Shown piece by piece: positions 1 to 13,600 of a DNA stretch of 64,000 bases (position 1 is its first letter; every line of letters begins with the position of its first letter). The translations under genes were made by a program, and so were the position numbers. The notes under the pieces were generated by a model. That model had not been told where the DNA came from. It did not search any database and saw nothing but the letters and a program-made list of their open reading frames with translations. Origin of the DNA: Moniliella sp. 'wahieum' (Eukaryota); contig RSEE01000022.1 of the NCBI GenBank assembly GCA_003971905.1, forward strand, positions 434,001 to 498,000. The letters run 5' to 3'.

Positions 1-466
1 GCAAGAGCCGACGAACCTCCCAGCATCCCAGTGGGACACTTGTCGGTACTCAAACCGTTCAGGAGTCATTCCGTGCCCATCACCCACGTCGGCATGCATG
101 GGCGCGCCAATGTGCAAATTGAAGCATTCAAAGCTATACCCAATCGAGCGGGCATAGTCCCGAAACCCAGCGTCGGACAAGACATAAGGGTCTGATCGCC
201 CTGACACGATCAGGTTAATGGGCTCCCTCATCCCATTCTCGACGAGAAGGAGCATGCTCCCTCCATAGATCGATGGGTCGGACCAGCCGCCCAAATTGTG
301 GAGCCCATTGTTGTACGATAATCGGGAAGGGTGATAACGATAAAAGGGGACCGGCACTTGTGGGTCAGTCGAGTTTGTTGCATCAGTGAAGTGTGTGGCA
401 AGCAGAGACATGGCAGGATAAGCCAGTGCGAGCGGCAGCCAGGCACAGAGAGACAGAAAGCAGCAT
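1..466 (-). CDS. Conserved fungal secreted protein of unknown function (3' end runs off window)
   Basis: ATG at 466 gives signal-peptide-like MLLSVSLCLAA(fs)LALAYPA. The frame is then open to base 1: ...LGGWSDPSIYGGSML...REPINLIVSGRSDPYVLSDAGFRDYARSIGYSFECFNLHIG...ADVGDGHG. This resembles, from memory, a basidiomycete family with W-x-DP-x3-GGS and EPxNxIxS motifs. Absent from the ORF track because no stop lies in the window. Confidence 0.7.
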
Positions 467-1419
467 ATGGCCCAAGAGCACGACATGGGTATTGGGAGAG
501 GAGGTGGCCTGGCCATACGCGCGTCTGCTGGGTCTCTCTCTCTCAGTGCCCAGGTTGAGCTGAGGCAGCACAGAGTCGGTGCGGGCGCCAATGGCGAGGG
601 TGGTGGAGAAGGCACAGAAAACAAGCCGACGCCCATTCGGAGATGTGGGCGGTGGCACAGGCTACGAGACTGGACCCTGACCGCGAGCGCGCTAGCCCCT
701 CTCTTGTGCCGACTTGGGAGAACCAATACGCGCCGACTGCCGTAGTTCGCCTTCGCCGCCCGGGTGCTCAATCCCACACTGCGCAGGCACAGCGGCAGTG
801 CACCTCACCACCTTCTCCCTCCGTGGCGCAACCCCCGGCGCCCACCCAATTTGCCCCACAACCAGCCATCGGCGCAGCAGGGGAGGCACAACAGCCAGCA
901 TTGACCTAATATACCTACTTCTATGAGCCACAGCAATTCCACGTCTTTGGTCCCACTACCCCCATTACGATTCCTGCCACCACCATCCTCTGAATCCTTG
1001 CCACTGTATAGTCAGCCAATGGCCTGCTAGTCCGATCTACCCCCTTTCCAATATGCCAAGAAAAAGATACCGTATACGAGAGGAAAGGCCGGTTGCCCGT
1101 GTTTTTTAAGTGTTTTAACAAGCGCAATTCAACGGGATCGGCGCGAAACAAAAAGAGCTGATAGATCCACAGACCTCGGCAGTCTCACCACAACAGCAAA
1201 AAGTAGGAGGCTCATCAGGCGAAAACGAGAGAAAGGCTTTGCTACTGGGTGTATGTGTATATGGTCGCTCCGTAGCATCTTGAGCAAGATTGCTAGGGAA
1301 GGGGAAAAAGAGTGAGAGTGGGGAACCATTTCAACCCACCAAGAAGCTCCGTTTAAAGAGCACAGTCCGTTCTCCGCACTTGTGGCAGAAAAGGATGGTA
1401 TATAGAGCTCAGGCTTCAA

Positions 1420-2933
1420 TCATTTCGTGGCAAGAGCCGCATGTGGGTTCTCAGGGCGGCGAAAGTTCACCGACTTGCGCACCAGGAGGGAGTAGACACG
1501 AAGATCCTTTGCTGTAACGGGTGGGTAACGCATGCTCATCACGGCCTCCACCACCCTACCCGCACTCCAGTGTGAGGGGCAAGCAGCACACTGCGCCGGT
1601 GGGAGAAGAGATCAAACCCAGCTTTGCCATGGTACGACCCATACCCCGAAGGGCCTGTCCCTCCAAATGGCAGCTCGCTGATGGCGAATTGGATCAGCAC
1701 GTCCCCCACAACTGCTGTTCCCGAGCGAGTGGTAGACAAGATTTGGTTGGCGATTTTCTTGTTGCCGAACACATAGAGTGTCAATGGCTGATCACGCGCA
1801 TTGATAAAATCGATGCCAGCCTGCACATTGGGCACTGAAACGACAGGCAATATAGGGCCAAAGAGTTCTGCTTGCATCAGTTCATCATCCTCAGTGACAT
1901 CAGTCACGACTGTGGGCTCAATGAACTTGGCCTCCACATCCGTTTCCCCACCAATAACGACTGTGCCCTTCGTTTGGGACAACACCTTGGCCAAGCGGCT
2001 GGCATGGTTCGTGTTGATGATGTTGCTGTAATGGCTGGTCTTCTTGGCCCCTCCCTCGTCGGGCCAGAACTCCTTGTAGACTTGTTGAAATGCCTGGACG
2101 AGCTTGGGCACAGTCTCGGGAGTGGTCAATACATAATCGGGAGCGATGCACGTCTGACCCGCATTCGCCGTCTTGCCCCAAAAGATGCGGCGCGCAGCAA
2201 TGGTCAGGTCAGTGCTCGGGTCGACCCAGACGGGCGACTTTCCACCCAACTCGAGCGTCACAGGGCACAGCCACTTGGCTGCTTTTCCTGAATGATGCGC
2301 CCCACGGTGCCTGATCCAGTATAAAGAATATGCTCAAAACGTTGGTCGAGAACCACGGTTGTTTCTGGAATGCCACCATTGATCACAGCAAACGCGTCGG
2401 GGTCGAGATACTTTTCAAAGAGGATGGTCAGCTCACGCGCCGTGTTGGCTGCCACCTCACTCGGCTTGAGAACGACCGTGTTGCCCGCTGCGATCGCCTG
2501 GATGACCGGGTGATGGCCAGTGCCAAGGGGTAGTTCCATGCTGACAGGACTAGGACAGTACCCTTGGGATCCTTGCGGATCGTGGTGCCATGGGTGGCCC
2601 AGGCCATGCCAGCCCAGACACGCTCATCCGGGCCCACTTGTCGACATGATGGATCATATCTACAATCTCGTTCGCACAGCCGGCCAACTCCAAGAATTCA
2701 GTTTCGTTGCCTTGGCGACCGAGATCCTTGGCTACAGCCGCGTGGAGATCGGAGCGACGGTCCTTGAGGCCAAACCAGAGATTCTTGAGCTGGTTCTTGC
2801 GGTACTCGACATTGCGCGTCTTGTGAGTCAAGAAGGTCGTCCGCAACCGCGCAACAACGGCAGGAATCTGGTCGACGGGTGTGTAGACCAGGCCGGCATC
2901 GGCACGCGCTTGGTCAGCAGCGGAGGCAGTCAT
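1420..2933 (-). CDS. Aldehyde dehydrogenase, ALDH3/fatty aldehyde dehydrogenase (Hfd1-like)
   Basis: Joined frames give PKGTVLVLSAWNYP, AGNTVVLKPSE, YTGSGTVG, catalytic Glu motif TLELGGKSP, catalytic Cys motif NAGQTCIAPDY, ELFGP, LPFGGTGPSGYGSYHG and C-terminal MRYPP...AALATK* (stop 1420-1422). Several indel frameshifts. Confidence 0.93.
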
Positions 2934-3423
2934 GGTGGGAGGGGGCGAGGGGCAGCGGAAATGTTGGCCCAAGCCACCAGCCCTTTTCAGATGGAGGCTG
3001 GGAATAATTGGATGTGGGGTGTAACAATGCGGGGCTGGGAGTAGGGGAGAAGGCTGGCATGAATGGCTGGCTGGCTTGCGTGTGTTTCTTTGGCGCATTT
3101 CAGGCGGGGTCGCAGAGACGACGGGCCAGACGCGCGTGAAGCGTGAAGCTTGAAGGGACACGCGGGTAGTAGGGCTTTAGTGCGGGCGCCCGACCCAAGC
3201 AACGCGCCCACGTCTCTTCTCTTTGCACCAGCGGGCTGGATGGCTGCGCCATGCTCCTCTGCGGTGCTCGTCACGCTCAAGCCTCGGCCCGCCTCGGCCG
3301 CCTGTCGGTTCGCCCGAGCCTCAGGGAGAGGGCGCGCGCAGAGGAATTTGCCAGCCACCCGTGCGCGCACCGCGGCGGAATGGGCTCGTGGCGGAAGACA
3401 TTATCTCTGCGTAGAGCTGAGCG

Positions 3424-3453
3424 AACGTTCAACGTTCAACGTTCAACGTTCAA
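3424..3453. repeat. (AACGTTC)n heptamer tandem array with palindromic core
   Basis: aacgttc x4 in the ALDH-cofilin divergent intergenic region. Confidence 0.9.
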
Positions 3454-3919
3454 CCTGCTGAGCCACCGCCGAGACGAGACTTGTTGATGCTGATGTCATC
3501 GAGCTCATCGTGAGGTGGTGCTGGGGGCGGTGGATGGGTGATTTGATTAGGCCCTGAGTTCAACGTTCAGACGTTCAGTCCAGTGGCGATTGGATCTCAA
3601 TGTTCAATTTGAATGCTGAGGTGGTGCAGTTGATGACGTCAGACGGATGAAGCTGGTGCCAAATAGAATCTAGCAACCAGCAGCTGGGCCAAGTAGGTAG
3701 CTAGTCTGCCAATCTCGGCTCTGGGACACTGCCCCTGTGCGGCCCACGACCGACCTGCGCGTGGCGTCAGATGCGGCTGGTCGAGCGAGGGCAGTGGACC
3801 ACGCTGCGGCTGCTGCGCCGTCGGTTTGGCACACACCACTCGTACGCAGCCTTGGCACCAGCTTGGGCCTCTCCCCCCACCCCCACCACCGCCTTCTCCC
3901 TCCCCTCCCCAACTCCTCA

Positions 3920-4467
3920 ATGGTGCGTTGCTCTCCCTTCCCAGGGCTGGCCCTGCTCACCACTGCCCCCCCTTTTCCGTCTCTAGTCCTCCGGCGTCAA
4001 AGTCAACCCTGAGTGCCTGGACCAGTTCCAGACACTCAAGCTGGGCAAGAACCAAGTACATTATCTACAAGCTCTCGGACGACAACACCGAAATCGTCGT
4101 GGCCAAGACCTCCAACTCGCCCGACTACGACGAGTTCCTCGCCGAGCTTCCTCCCCAGGACTGCCGCTACGCCATCTACGACCTTGAATTTGAAAAGGAA
4201 GGCGAAGGGAAGCGCAACAAAATCTGCTTCTTTGCTTGGTCTCCTGACGAGTCCAAGATTAAGCAGAAGATGGTCTACGCTTCCTCCAAGGACGCCATCG
4301 CAAGTCCCTTGTCGGAATTTCCACCGAAATCAAGGCACCGACTTTTCCGAAGTGTCGTACGAGACGGGTATGTCCTCAGCCCCTTCCCTTTCCCTACCCT
4401 CCCGTCCCTACCCTGCTAACCGTTTCGTGGTATCGCAGTGCTCGACAAGGCTGCTCGCGGCTACTAA
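3920..4467 (+). CDS. COF1: Cofilin (ADF-H actin-depolymerizing factor)
   Basis: Exon 1 is the ATG alone (3920-3922). Intron 3923-3986 (GTGCGT..TAG). Exon 2 [72 protein letters not shown]. Intron 4368-4438 (GTATGT..GCTAAC..CAG). Ends VLDKAARGY*. Three 1-bp deletions. Confidence 0.96.
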
Positions 4468-4915
4468 GTGCCTTTTGTACATGCTTTACAGCTCATGTAT
4501 CTCATAGTGATGGCTGCCCACCCATAGGGCGAGCTTCCTGTGGCCACAACTCCATTCCACTTGCATGAACGTGTATGATTTGTAAGGTTACAGCATTGGC
4601 CTGAAGGATCCAGTTTGGTGTGTTGCGTTCCATTGACGGGAATTGCTCTGAGAGGTGGGGAGGTAACGGAATTGACGCCTGCGCTGGTATAACGGTGGCG
4701 GAAGCATTATCCATCCTGAGGTCTGAGGTGAATTGATCACAAGTGGCTCTCACTCCCCTCGTCATCGCGCGTCGTAAGCGATCACTCAAAGAAGCAAAGC
4801 AAACTGCGTAAGGAAGGACCAAGCCGCCAAGCGTCACTTATGTAGTCCTTCTAGGCCGATCAACCAAGTAGTGATGAAGGGATGGAAGAGAGGCCAATTA
4901 TGACGGAGGGAGAGG

Positions 4916-6731
4916 TTAAAGTGTACTACGTTGGTGACACGAAACACGGCGCATGGAAAGAAATGGCGGCTGATAATACAAGCGCATAGCATTGATGAGG
5001 TCATAGAGTGGTAGCGGGCAGGTAACGAGATGAAAACATGAAGGTAGTATGCTGGTCGGAACGGGCAGATAACGAGCTGAAGCCGGCTCACCATTTGCCG
5101 ACGCGGTTGCCATTTTTGGAGGCACAACATTGGCCTCGAGTTTGGCATGTTCCACCACCTCGTACGCCTGTCCAGGTACAATGTAGGCCAACGCCGTCTT
5201 GTTGGGCACCTTCTCCTTGCCGCCCTTGGCTGCTGCCACTGCCGCCTCGGCCTCAGCCACGGCCTGGCGTGTCGCCTGGGACATCCCATCAGCATCGGCG
5301 GCCTCGAGCGCCTTGCGCGCTTGAGCTTGGCAATCTTGTCCTTGGCCATCTCATACCCTCCATCAATCACACCCACCCGCATGGTGGCAAGAGGTTCTGT
5401 GCCGCGTTCGAGTGGTCGTAGATTCCGCCGCAGAAGGCAGTCGTGCATCCTTACCGATCTTGGCCCTCACCAAGGCCCGGCCACCAGGGTGGGTGTCCAT
5501 AAAGCCAGTCAGGTCGTGCACAATCCCACACACCACCGTCAAGTCGCGCGTCTTGCTCTCCTCGACAAATTCGTCCCACGTCACAATGGGAAGCGACCTG
5601 ATCTCTTTGGGGTACTGCAGCTTCTCCTGCTCTTGGTGCATCAAGACAAGTTGCATTTGCAGCCGACCCTTGCGGATCTCGTTCTCGGGGAAAAACTTGA
5701 GGTCGTAGGCCAAACCGACGTAGGAGAGAAGGAAGATGAGCCACTTGGTAGGGTCGTAGTGGTACCAGCGAATCCCGTTGCGCGTGTCGGCGGGAATTGA
5801 TGGTGGTAGTTGTGGTAACCCTCGCCTACGGTGACCAGGGCGGTGATCCAATTGTCACGGGGCGAGTGCTTGTTGTCATACGTCGCATCCCCAAGCCAGT
5901 GGCGAGCGAGTTGATGCAGAAGGTGGCATGGTGAACAATCACAAGACGAACCATCCCACTGTAGAAGAAGCCGCCGCGCCAGTCTCCCCATCCCAAGCCG
6001 GCCACCAGCGTGGGTACACCCAGCCCCATGAAGAGGATCAGGGGGACGTAATGCCTGTGCTGGAACTGCACCACCGGGTTCCGACGCAAATCCGACACAT
6101 CGGCACTGCCAATCGGACGACGCGGCTTGATCAGCATCCAGCCCATGTGAGCAAAGAAAACCCGCGGGCAGCCGAGTAGGGATCAAGGTCCGTGTCGGTG
6201 TAGCGGTGGTGAGCGCGGTGGCCCCGCGACCACCAATGGATGGATCCCTCCATCGCACTCGATCCAGCCAGCATAAGCACATACTCCAACGGCCGTTTGG
6301 CCGAGTAGGAACGGTGCGCCCAGAGACGATGGTAGCCCGCTGTGACACCAAGACCCGACCACAAATAGTAGATGAAGGCCAGATCGCAGTCTTGAGCTGC
6401 AACTGGGTGGTGCAGATACCGTACACGGCCAGGAGAGGTGTGACGGTCAAGATGGTAAACGAAATCCACTGCAGTTCTTGGAGGACGTTCTTCCACTCAA
6501 ACGGGGGAAGTGCAGGTGGCTTGTTGAGTGCTTGTTGAATGTAGTTATCCTCAATCTCTTGCCGGTGGACCTCATCTTGGGGAGCTGGGACCATGCCCTT
6601 GTTCCCTTGCTGGACCTTGGCCTCATAGGAAGACAGGGGCGAGAAGTCGGCCTCGTCAGCGGAGGTGGGAGGGGTAGTGACCCCGTGCCTTTGGCGCAGC
6701 TGGGGCGCGAAAGAAGCTTCCGAGGGGCCAT
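4916..6731 (-). CDS. OLE1: Delta-9 acyl-CoA desaturase with fused cytochrome b5 domain
   Basis: Three His boxes (HRLWAH, HRAHH, HNYHH), GEGY, YDPTKW and the cytochrome b5 HPGG motif. ATG at 6731. True stop uncertain (roughly 4916-5060) because of frameshifts. Confidence 0.94.
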
Positions 6732-7322
6732 GGGAGGAGGGAAAGTAGGAGATGGAGGATGAAAAGACCTAAAAGGAAGGGGCAATAACTGATGAGTGGC
6801 ATATATACTACACCGCGACCAATCTACCTCTTCATCGCATGATGTTGTGTACTTGAGGCCGGACATGCAGTGTCCCCGAGCTTCAAGCGTCACGCGTCAC
6901 TATTCAATCTTGACCGATCCCACACAGAACAGGTGCGTCGAGGCAGGGGCAGGGACAGACGGACGCCAAAGGGGGAGATGCGGTCTGCCATGGGAAGCTA
7001 AGGAAGACGGCAGGCACGGCGCGTATCCAGGCGGCGCTCCTAGTTACTACTAGGACCGTTTCGTTTGGGTGGGGAGAGCCCGGCAGGAGGTGCGCAGGTG
7101 TGCAGCACGGCTGAGCGCGGACATGGCACCACCCTAGCGTGTTTGCCGGGCGCGGAGGAGCTGAGCTGAGTGTACTGAGTCCCACGCACCGATGAGGCGG
7201 AGAGGGGCGGAGTTGTGAGGGCACGCTATGGGCTGGACGGCTGGGAGGCGCGAGAGGCTGCCAGGAAAGGAAGCGGCCGACGGCCGAGGCAGCACCAGGG
7301 ACCATGTCGGCCACCTTCTGCA

Positions 7323-7368
7323 GCCCGACCCTCCGAAGCCCGACCCGCCGAAGCCCGACCCTCCGAGG
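7323..7368. repeat. 15-bp tandem repeat x3 (gcccgaccc[t/g]ccgaa) upstream of OLE1
   Basis: gcccgaccctccgaa gcccgacccgccgaa gcccgaccctccgag, seen directly. Confidence 0.85.
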
Positions 7369-8349
7369 CCCCGAGTGAGCCCGACAGCCCGCCCGCCCAG
7401 AGGCCGAGCAACGGGGTCGTATATTGATAGGCTCCCCAGCTACGGGTGAGGTCACCGGCCACAGTTATGTTGCAGCGACACACTGCGCGCGCCAGCCGCA
7501 CTTCATTTCCACGATGCCAATTTCACCGCTCACTGATCACTGATCACCCCTCAAGATCGGTCCATTCTGCCGCATCGCTTCACCCCTGCGTTTCCACCTT
7601 GGCTCTTCTTGCCTGTGGCGCACCACAGAGGTCGGTTCCGTCCACCGACACGTGTAACATGTAACACTGGCCCAACCTCCGGCCGTCCATCTGCTGCCCA
7701 ATCCGAACACTGCGTTCGCTGTAAGTTTGGGTCCCTATACTAGGAGCCCAACCTTATAGCATTCTAGCAGCATTCTATTGTAGGCTGATATATTGATAGG
7801 GTACAGTCGCAGTATTGAGAGTACCATGGGAGTGGCACAGGGCACAAACCCGAAACATAAACCAGTAATATCTCCAAACTTTATCTACGAGGAGCTTGGA
7901 CCAGCACCTAGTAAACGCCTGTATAGATGTGTTGGCTAGCAGTGGTACAGATCAGAGCCCCCGTCGGGCTTCAGTGAAGTGACTCGTGACTGGCACGCGT
8001 GCACGCGTAACCCGCGCGACACTTGAGTGTGTTGGGCCAGTGCATTCCAGTCCCTCCATGGGCTTCCGCCTGGTCGGAACGTATCACACCCCACAGGCTA
8101 GCTCTTCTTTTGCTCCACATATCATCATCTCCACTGCCTATATATAACCAACACACCACAGCACTGTACTGAGCTAACATCGCTCCACGGAGGAGGGGTG
8201 CGGTCGCGCATCACGCCAGCGTTTGGGGGTTGGACGTTCTCCGTTCTCCCTAGCTCACCGGTCACCTCCGCCCGGTGTCCATGGGTGGCATGTGGCAATG
8301 CGTGGTATTGCGGGGAAGCACTTTATATATGGTACACACATTTCTTAAC

Positions 8350-10295
8350 GCCACTATTTTTACATGAAAATATTTGAGGAATCGGGCTGGAAAACTTCCT
8401 CATTCAGGCATCTCTCCTGGATGCGAACGTGTGTGCCTAATATAATACCTGGACGATGTGTACAGACTCTGCATCCTCTATCTGTTGCATCTCGTATCCA
8501 TTTGCATGCATTTGTGATGTGAGAAAGAAACGACCCGCTAAAAGGACGATCGATGCTGATAGCAATATAACCTCTGTGACATGCGAAGAGGTGGGATGAT
8601 CGATGAAAGATATGAGATCCAAATACAGTGCCTACTTGTGACGTCCGAAGGAGAGGGACAATTCGGCAGCGTTGCAGCTCCATGGTCCTAGTTCCAGGTT
8701 CATAACGTTCATACTAGGATGATGCCTCCTCGAAATTGTGGTGATTCGTATGCGCCGCACACATGTCCGAGACGACCGTCGCCGATCGTCAAACCTTTTT
8801 AAGGCTGGTTTTCTTACTCTTCAACTTGAGAGACTGACCTCTGACACAGCCTTTCCACTTCTTCCACCGTGGAGTGTCCCACTTTATCCATCACACAGCC
8901 TTAGTTGCACTCTCGTCTTGTTAAATAATAACATTGGCAATATGGTGTGTGGTGTTCACACATTGTGGATGATGAGGTCCAACACCCACCAAATGACCCT
9001 CCTTTCTCCTCCAACGAGACGCTGCTGTGCTTTATGCTGGCACCAGAGGGTCCTGATCTCCTGGCGATTCCCTTGGTTCCTTAAGCGGGGTTGCCGCTAC
9101 CAAGCAGCACACGCAAGATGAACGGGTCCATTTAGGAGTAGCGTTTCTTTATCCCAGCCTTAAGGTCTGCCAATGATATGGATGCAATACAGAGAAGATG
9201 CCCTGTCCCAGCCTTAAGCTCTGTCAATGAAATGGACGAGAAGATGATGTCGATGATGAAGAGACACACCTCAAATTGTCACATCTCTAATGCCATCAAA
9301 CAAAAAATTCTTTATGTGCCCAAGCCAAGCTTTCTCATCTTCCCACAGTCTCTTCGACTAGCCCTCGTAGTCGTCATTTTGTTCCCCTGAATATGTGGTG
9401 GTACGCCGATCTCCCTCTAAGCTAGCTGGCGGTGCCTCTCCATCATATGCTGGTCCCCGTATTCGGCATAAGAGGCACGACGGATGGAGCCGCGGAGGGT
9501 TCCAGCCCCGAATCGACCGGGCATGTGCGCCTTATATGATTATATCATTACCCTCCATTATTCTCACAATGGTCGGTAATCGTTATAGGACCACAAAATG
9601 GGAGAGATGGCTTCGTTCTTCGACTATTGGTCGATCTCAACTGATCTCCCCCACATCAGGACCATCATCATTGTTGAGAGAAAAACCAAAGGTGCTCACC
9701 AGTTCATCGTGGTGGGAGTGTTGGAAGCTGTTGCATCGTGGCTGTTGTGAGGGGCACTGTCCTAGTTAGGGGCTTATTGTAAGCTTAGTCTGTCCCGCGC
9801 GTCCTATCCGTAGAGCCTCCACTTTGTTCCAGTTGTAGGCCGCTCTTCGTGTGTACGATATTAATACTGGACACCGCTGGCGCATTCCTCTGTTCTTCCC
9901 TACCACCCACACCTCTTCGCTCAACTCGTTACCTCGTTCTCGCTCATCTCATTCTGGTAACCCAGACCGCGCCGTCTGCCTGCCGTATAGTACTTCGCTA
10001 CAGATCCTCTCGCACACGTCTCTCTTTTCAAATGCTAACTCCCACGGATCACACAGGCTCTATATGCAGACCATAATGATGCTCGTATCTTCCGTTTGAA
10101 AAGCTGTATCCATCGCTTAGCTGACCTCCTTTCGTCCTGAGAAACAACATTGCCCCAATACATGTACTAGATTCACGGAAATCATCATCTCTGCATTATC
10201 TCGCGCCTTATTTCCTCTCCCTACTGTATCACGTCTCTCTCCTCTGTTCATTACAATGCCCTTGATATGTAACTTCTTCCCCGGCACCTATCACA
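8350..10295 (+). mobile_element. Highly degenerate Ty3/gypsy retrotransposon relic with probable 3' LTR (~9758-10295)
   Basis: Lower-GC, stop-riddled region with RT-like fragments (..EESGWKTSSFR ~8360-8410; VCLI*YLDDV ~8430-8460), an integrase C-terminus-like RRSPSKL..SYAGPRI (~9405-9465), then purine-rich GAGGGGCAC followed by TGT at 9758 and a possible ..TCACA end at 10295. No partner LTR or TSD found. Confidence 0.45.
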
Positions 10296-10691
10296 AGTAT
10301 AGGGTCCAGGCAACCATTGGGAAGGGCGCCTGCTGACCAATGCGCCCGTCCGCCGGTGGGCATCCACTTCTATCCTGTCGAACTGGCCCGGGTATGCGCG
10401 AGAAGAGGCTGATGGAGTCTTGGGCAGTTGGAAGAAAATCTAAATACGCCAGCCACTGCGACGCAGTCCTGTCACAGCACAGGGCAAGTGTGGTGTGTGA
10501 TTGATTGAACCTGGGCAGGCCGCCCCTATCTCGTTGAGGCGGCAGGCCGAGCGCAGCACAGTGCCCCCATGCCGTGCCTGGGCCAGCGCTGCTGCTGGCT
10601 ACCTGGCCCGGGCCACTCCCACCGCTGCCACCCTCCTCCATCTCCTCCACCTCCGCTGTCGACGCACCCTGGCTCTTGGTGTCCATCCAGC

Positions 10692-13600
10692 ATGCTGTCG
10701 TCCGGCGTGGATGCTGGGACCAGTGCGCCCAGTGCTCCGCGCGCGCCTTCGGTGGCGTCGTCTGCAGCGCAGTCACTGCGGCGCTCCACCAGCAGCCAGC
10801 TTGTCGCTGCCCCCGCCCGCCCGACTCAGAGGCGCTGCCCCACGAGCCGTCTCCCCGCCGTTCTCACAGCATTGCCTCCCGCCCGTCCACGCAGGCCCAC
10901 CGCTCCAGCGCCGCCCACAGCCGTCACTCCCGCACGGCATCCGACACGACCCCACGTGCCTCGGCTGCGCCCGCGCCCGCTCCTGTACCTATCCCCACCT
11001 CTGACGGCCTTGCTCCGCCACCGCCGGGCCCCTTGCCGCCGATCGAGACGGGTGTGCATGTACCCTCCCAGATTGTTTCGGGCGATGACCGTTTTTCCGG
11101 CTTCAATTCGCACGTTGGACGTGCTACGGAGACCATCCCTTCCTCAGCTGCTCCCGGCCCCGCGAAGCCCATGTTCCCCACCCTCCCCCAGACGGCGGCT
11201 CTGAACCCCCCAGGGAGCCCTGTGTGGAGCAATGCGCCTGCCCATGACGCCGCCCGCAACGTTCACACTGCCTTCAAGACAACGATTGCTGAGGCCGACT
11301 CCTACATCTACTTTTACGAACACAAGATCCAGCAAGAGCGGCAGGCGATCAAAATGCAGCGGCAACTGCTTGATCGCCAGCTGGTTCAGACGCCAAATTG
11401 ACAGGTTGGCGTTTGGGTGGCAGAAGCCTTCGACCATCATGCCCACAGTGCTTCGTACGCCTGGTGTGCCTGCCATGGCTACCCCAGGTACCATGACCCC
11501 CGATGCCACCAACTCGCCTGGCGCCGAGATGCCTGCTCAGACAGTTCGTGAGACCTGGACTGAGCTCCGGCGTCACGACGTGGCCGAGATCCGGAGAGGG
11601 TGGAGTGTCTCGATGCTCTGCAGGTCGAGGTTGTGGCCCCCTGGAAGGCATTCCGGGATGAGCAAGAACGTATTTGCAGGCGGATCAAGGGCGACCTCAA
11701 CCTCTCCATGAACCGATACGAAGATGCTGTAACATCGTCTCCGCAAGGCCCAGACAGCGTATGGCAACAAGTGTCGAGAAGTGGAGAATATTCGACGCCA
11801 GTTGGCCGAACTCGAGCAGGGAGGCAAGAAGAAGCCGCTGCCTCTTCTCGGGGCAAGGGAACGGGCCCAATTCCCATCTCCCGGGTGCAATCCCGTACAA
11901 AGCTGCCCTTTCCCCGCTTGGGCACGCTGCGAAACAAGTTTCACCCAAGCTCGAGCGCCTCGTCTCCTGTCGATCGGGAACAAAGGGACATCCGGCCGCC
12001 TAGCGGAGGAGCCAACTTCCTCAGTCAATGGACCGACGGACCACGCCCTCCACATGGCCATTATGAACATGTCCGACACGAGCTATCCCTTTCCCGTGCC
12101 GTGGGTGGGCATCCCATGTCCAACCAGGCGAGCACCATGCCCTCCCACCAGCTTAGTGTACACTCGCAACAGGCCGAGCATTCGGCCTTAGATGCTTCCC
12201 ATGAGGAGGGTCCACTCCCTTTGGAAGAGAGTCCTATGCCAGCCCGATTCGAGAGAGCATTGGTGCGAGCAAACCCAAGTTGGGCCTTAGCCGGGCCGTG
12301 AGCGCAGCAAGTGCGGGTATGGCCGGAATCGGGGCCGGACTCTGGGGAAAGAACAAAGGTGAGAAGGAAGTCAATTCCCAACAGGGGCGGTACCCTCAAT
12401 TTAACGGATCCCATCTTCCGCAGGGCAGCGCTCCTCCCATGCCTCAGATGGACGTCACGCCTCCTTCAGTGCCTACAGGAGATGCCGGCGATGTGACCCC
12501 CCGTGCGAGCGTGGCAGATGCTGCTTCTATCCGTTCCTCGGTCGCACCTTCGATTCAAAGTTCTATTCAATCATTCTCAACTGCTCCGGGGAACCCCTCT
12601 CGTGCTGTGCCGGAGGCAGAGCCGTTCCCTCAGCCGAATACTACCATGCCTGGTCCTGTGCCTTTCCACCAACCCGAGGGCGTGCGCTTGGAGGATCCCC
12701 TTCTGGGTGACCAAGCATTGGCTACACCCAACGGGAGGGATCATGGGTGGTCCCGGGGGAGATCCATCTGCGTGCGCAAGCGCTCAATACCAAGTTGGAC
12801 AAGGCCGAAGAGAGGACGAGAAGCTGGATTCGGCGTACCGGGCCATGGTGTTTGAGGCCGAAACGCTGCGCGTGGACCAGTGAAAAAGCTGCAATCTGCA
12901 CTCAACACTGCGGTTGCGTCTCGACAGGAATTAGCAGGGCTAGTTCAGCAAACGTCGTTGCCATGGCACGCCGGCAACTCCGTTTGCATGAACGTTTGAC
13001 TGCAATCCAACATGTCGCACTGGACGATGCCCAGCGCACAACGGTCACCCTCGATCAAGAGATGGAGCGGTTCCGCTATGCCTTGCCCACTGAGCGACAG
13101 GTTAACGCCAATCCTGACACGGTCTACGATAATTTGTACGTCGCCTTACCCTCTGCCTACTATGTGCTCGTGTACTACATTTTCTTATCCAGCTGGTATG
13201 GCATTGTAAAGATCTGCTGTTTGGATTCAACTTGACGGACTATGTCTTCAACCGCAAGAAGAAGCTTGGGACAATGAACACGGACGCTGTCTCGAACCAT
13301 CCGCCGCTGATCGTGAGCAAGGTGATCGAATGGGTGGAAACGGGATGTGGCCAGTGGGCCGTCCCTCCCGCCAAGCAATGGGAACTGTATGTGTTTGGGA
13401 GCGCGCCTCACGACGCTGTCCAAGACCTGGCCCGAGCGATGGAACAGGACGAAAGCGCGTTTAACTTTGCTACCCGGAACGACCCCCCTCGTGCCGTCAC
13501 AGCGCTTCTGCAGTTCTACCTGACTCAATTGCCATCGGCGCCGTTACCTATCCCCTGGGTCAAACGTACCCAGCACACGATCAATATGTCACAGAGCCCC

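Noticed and set aside
1420..6731. Mass pseudogenisation or programmed frameshifting of ALDH, cofilin and OLE1
   Set aside because: Amino-acid sequences remain highly conserved, and the same indel pattern occurs in non-coding LTR pairs.
1420..6731. Lipid-metabolism gene cluster (fatty aldehyde dehydrogenase plus desaturase)
   Set aside because: Only two housekeeping-type genes separated by cofilin; no backbone enzyme, transporter or shared-regulation evidence.
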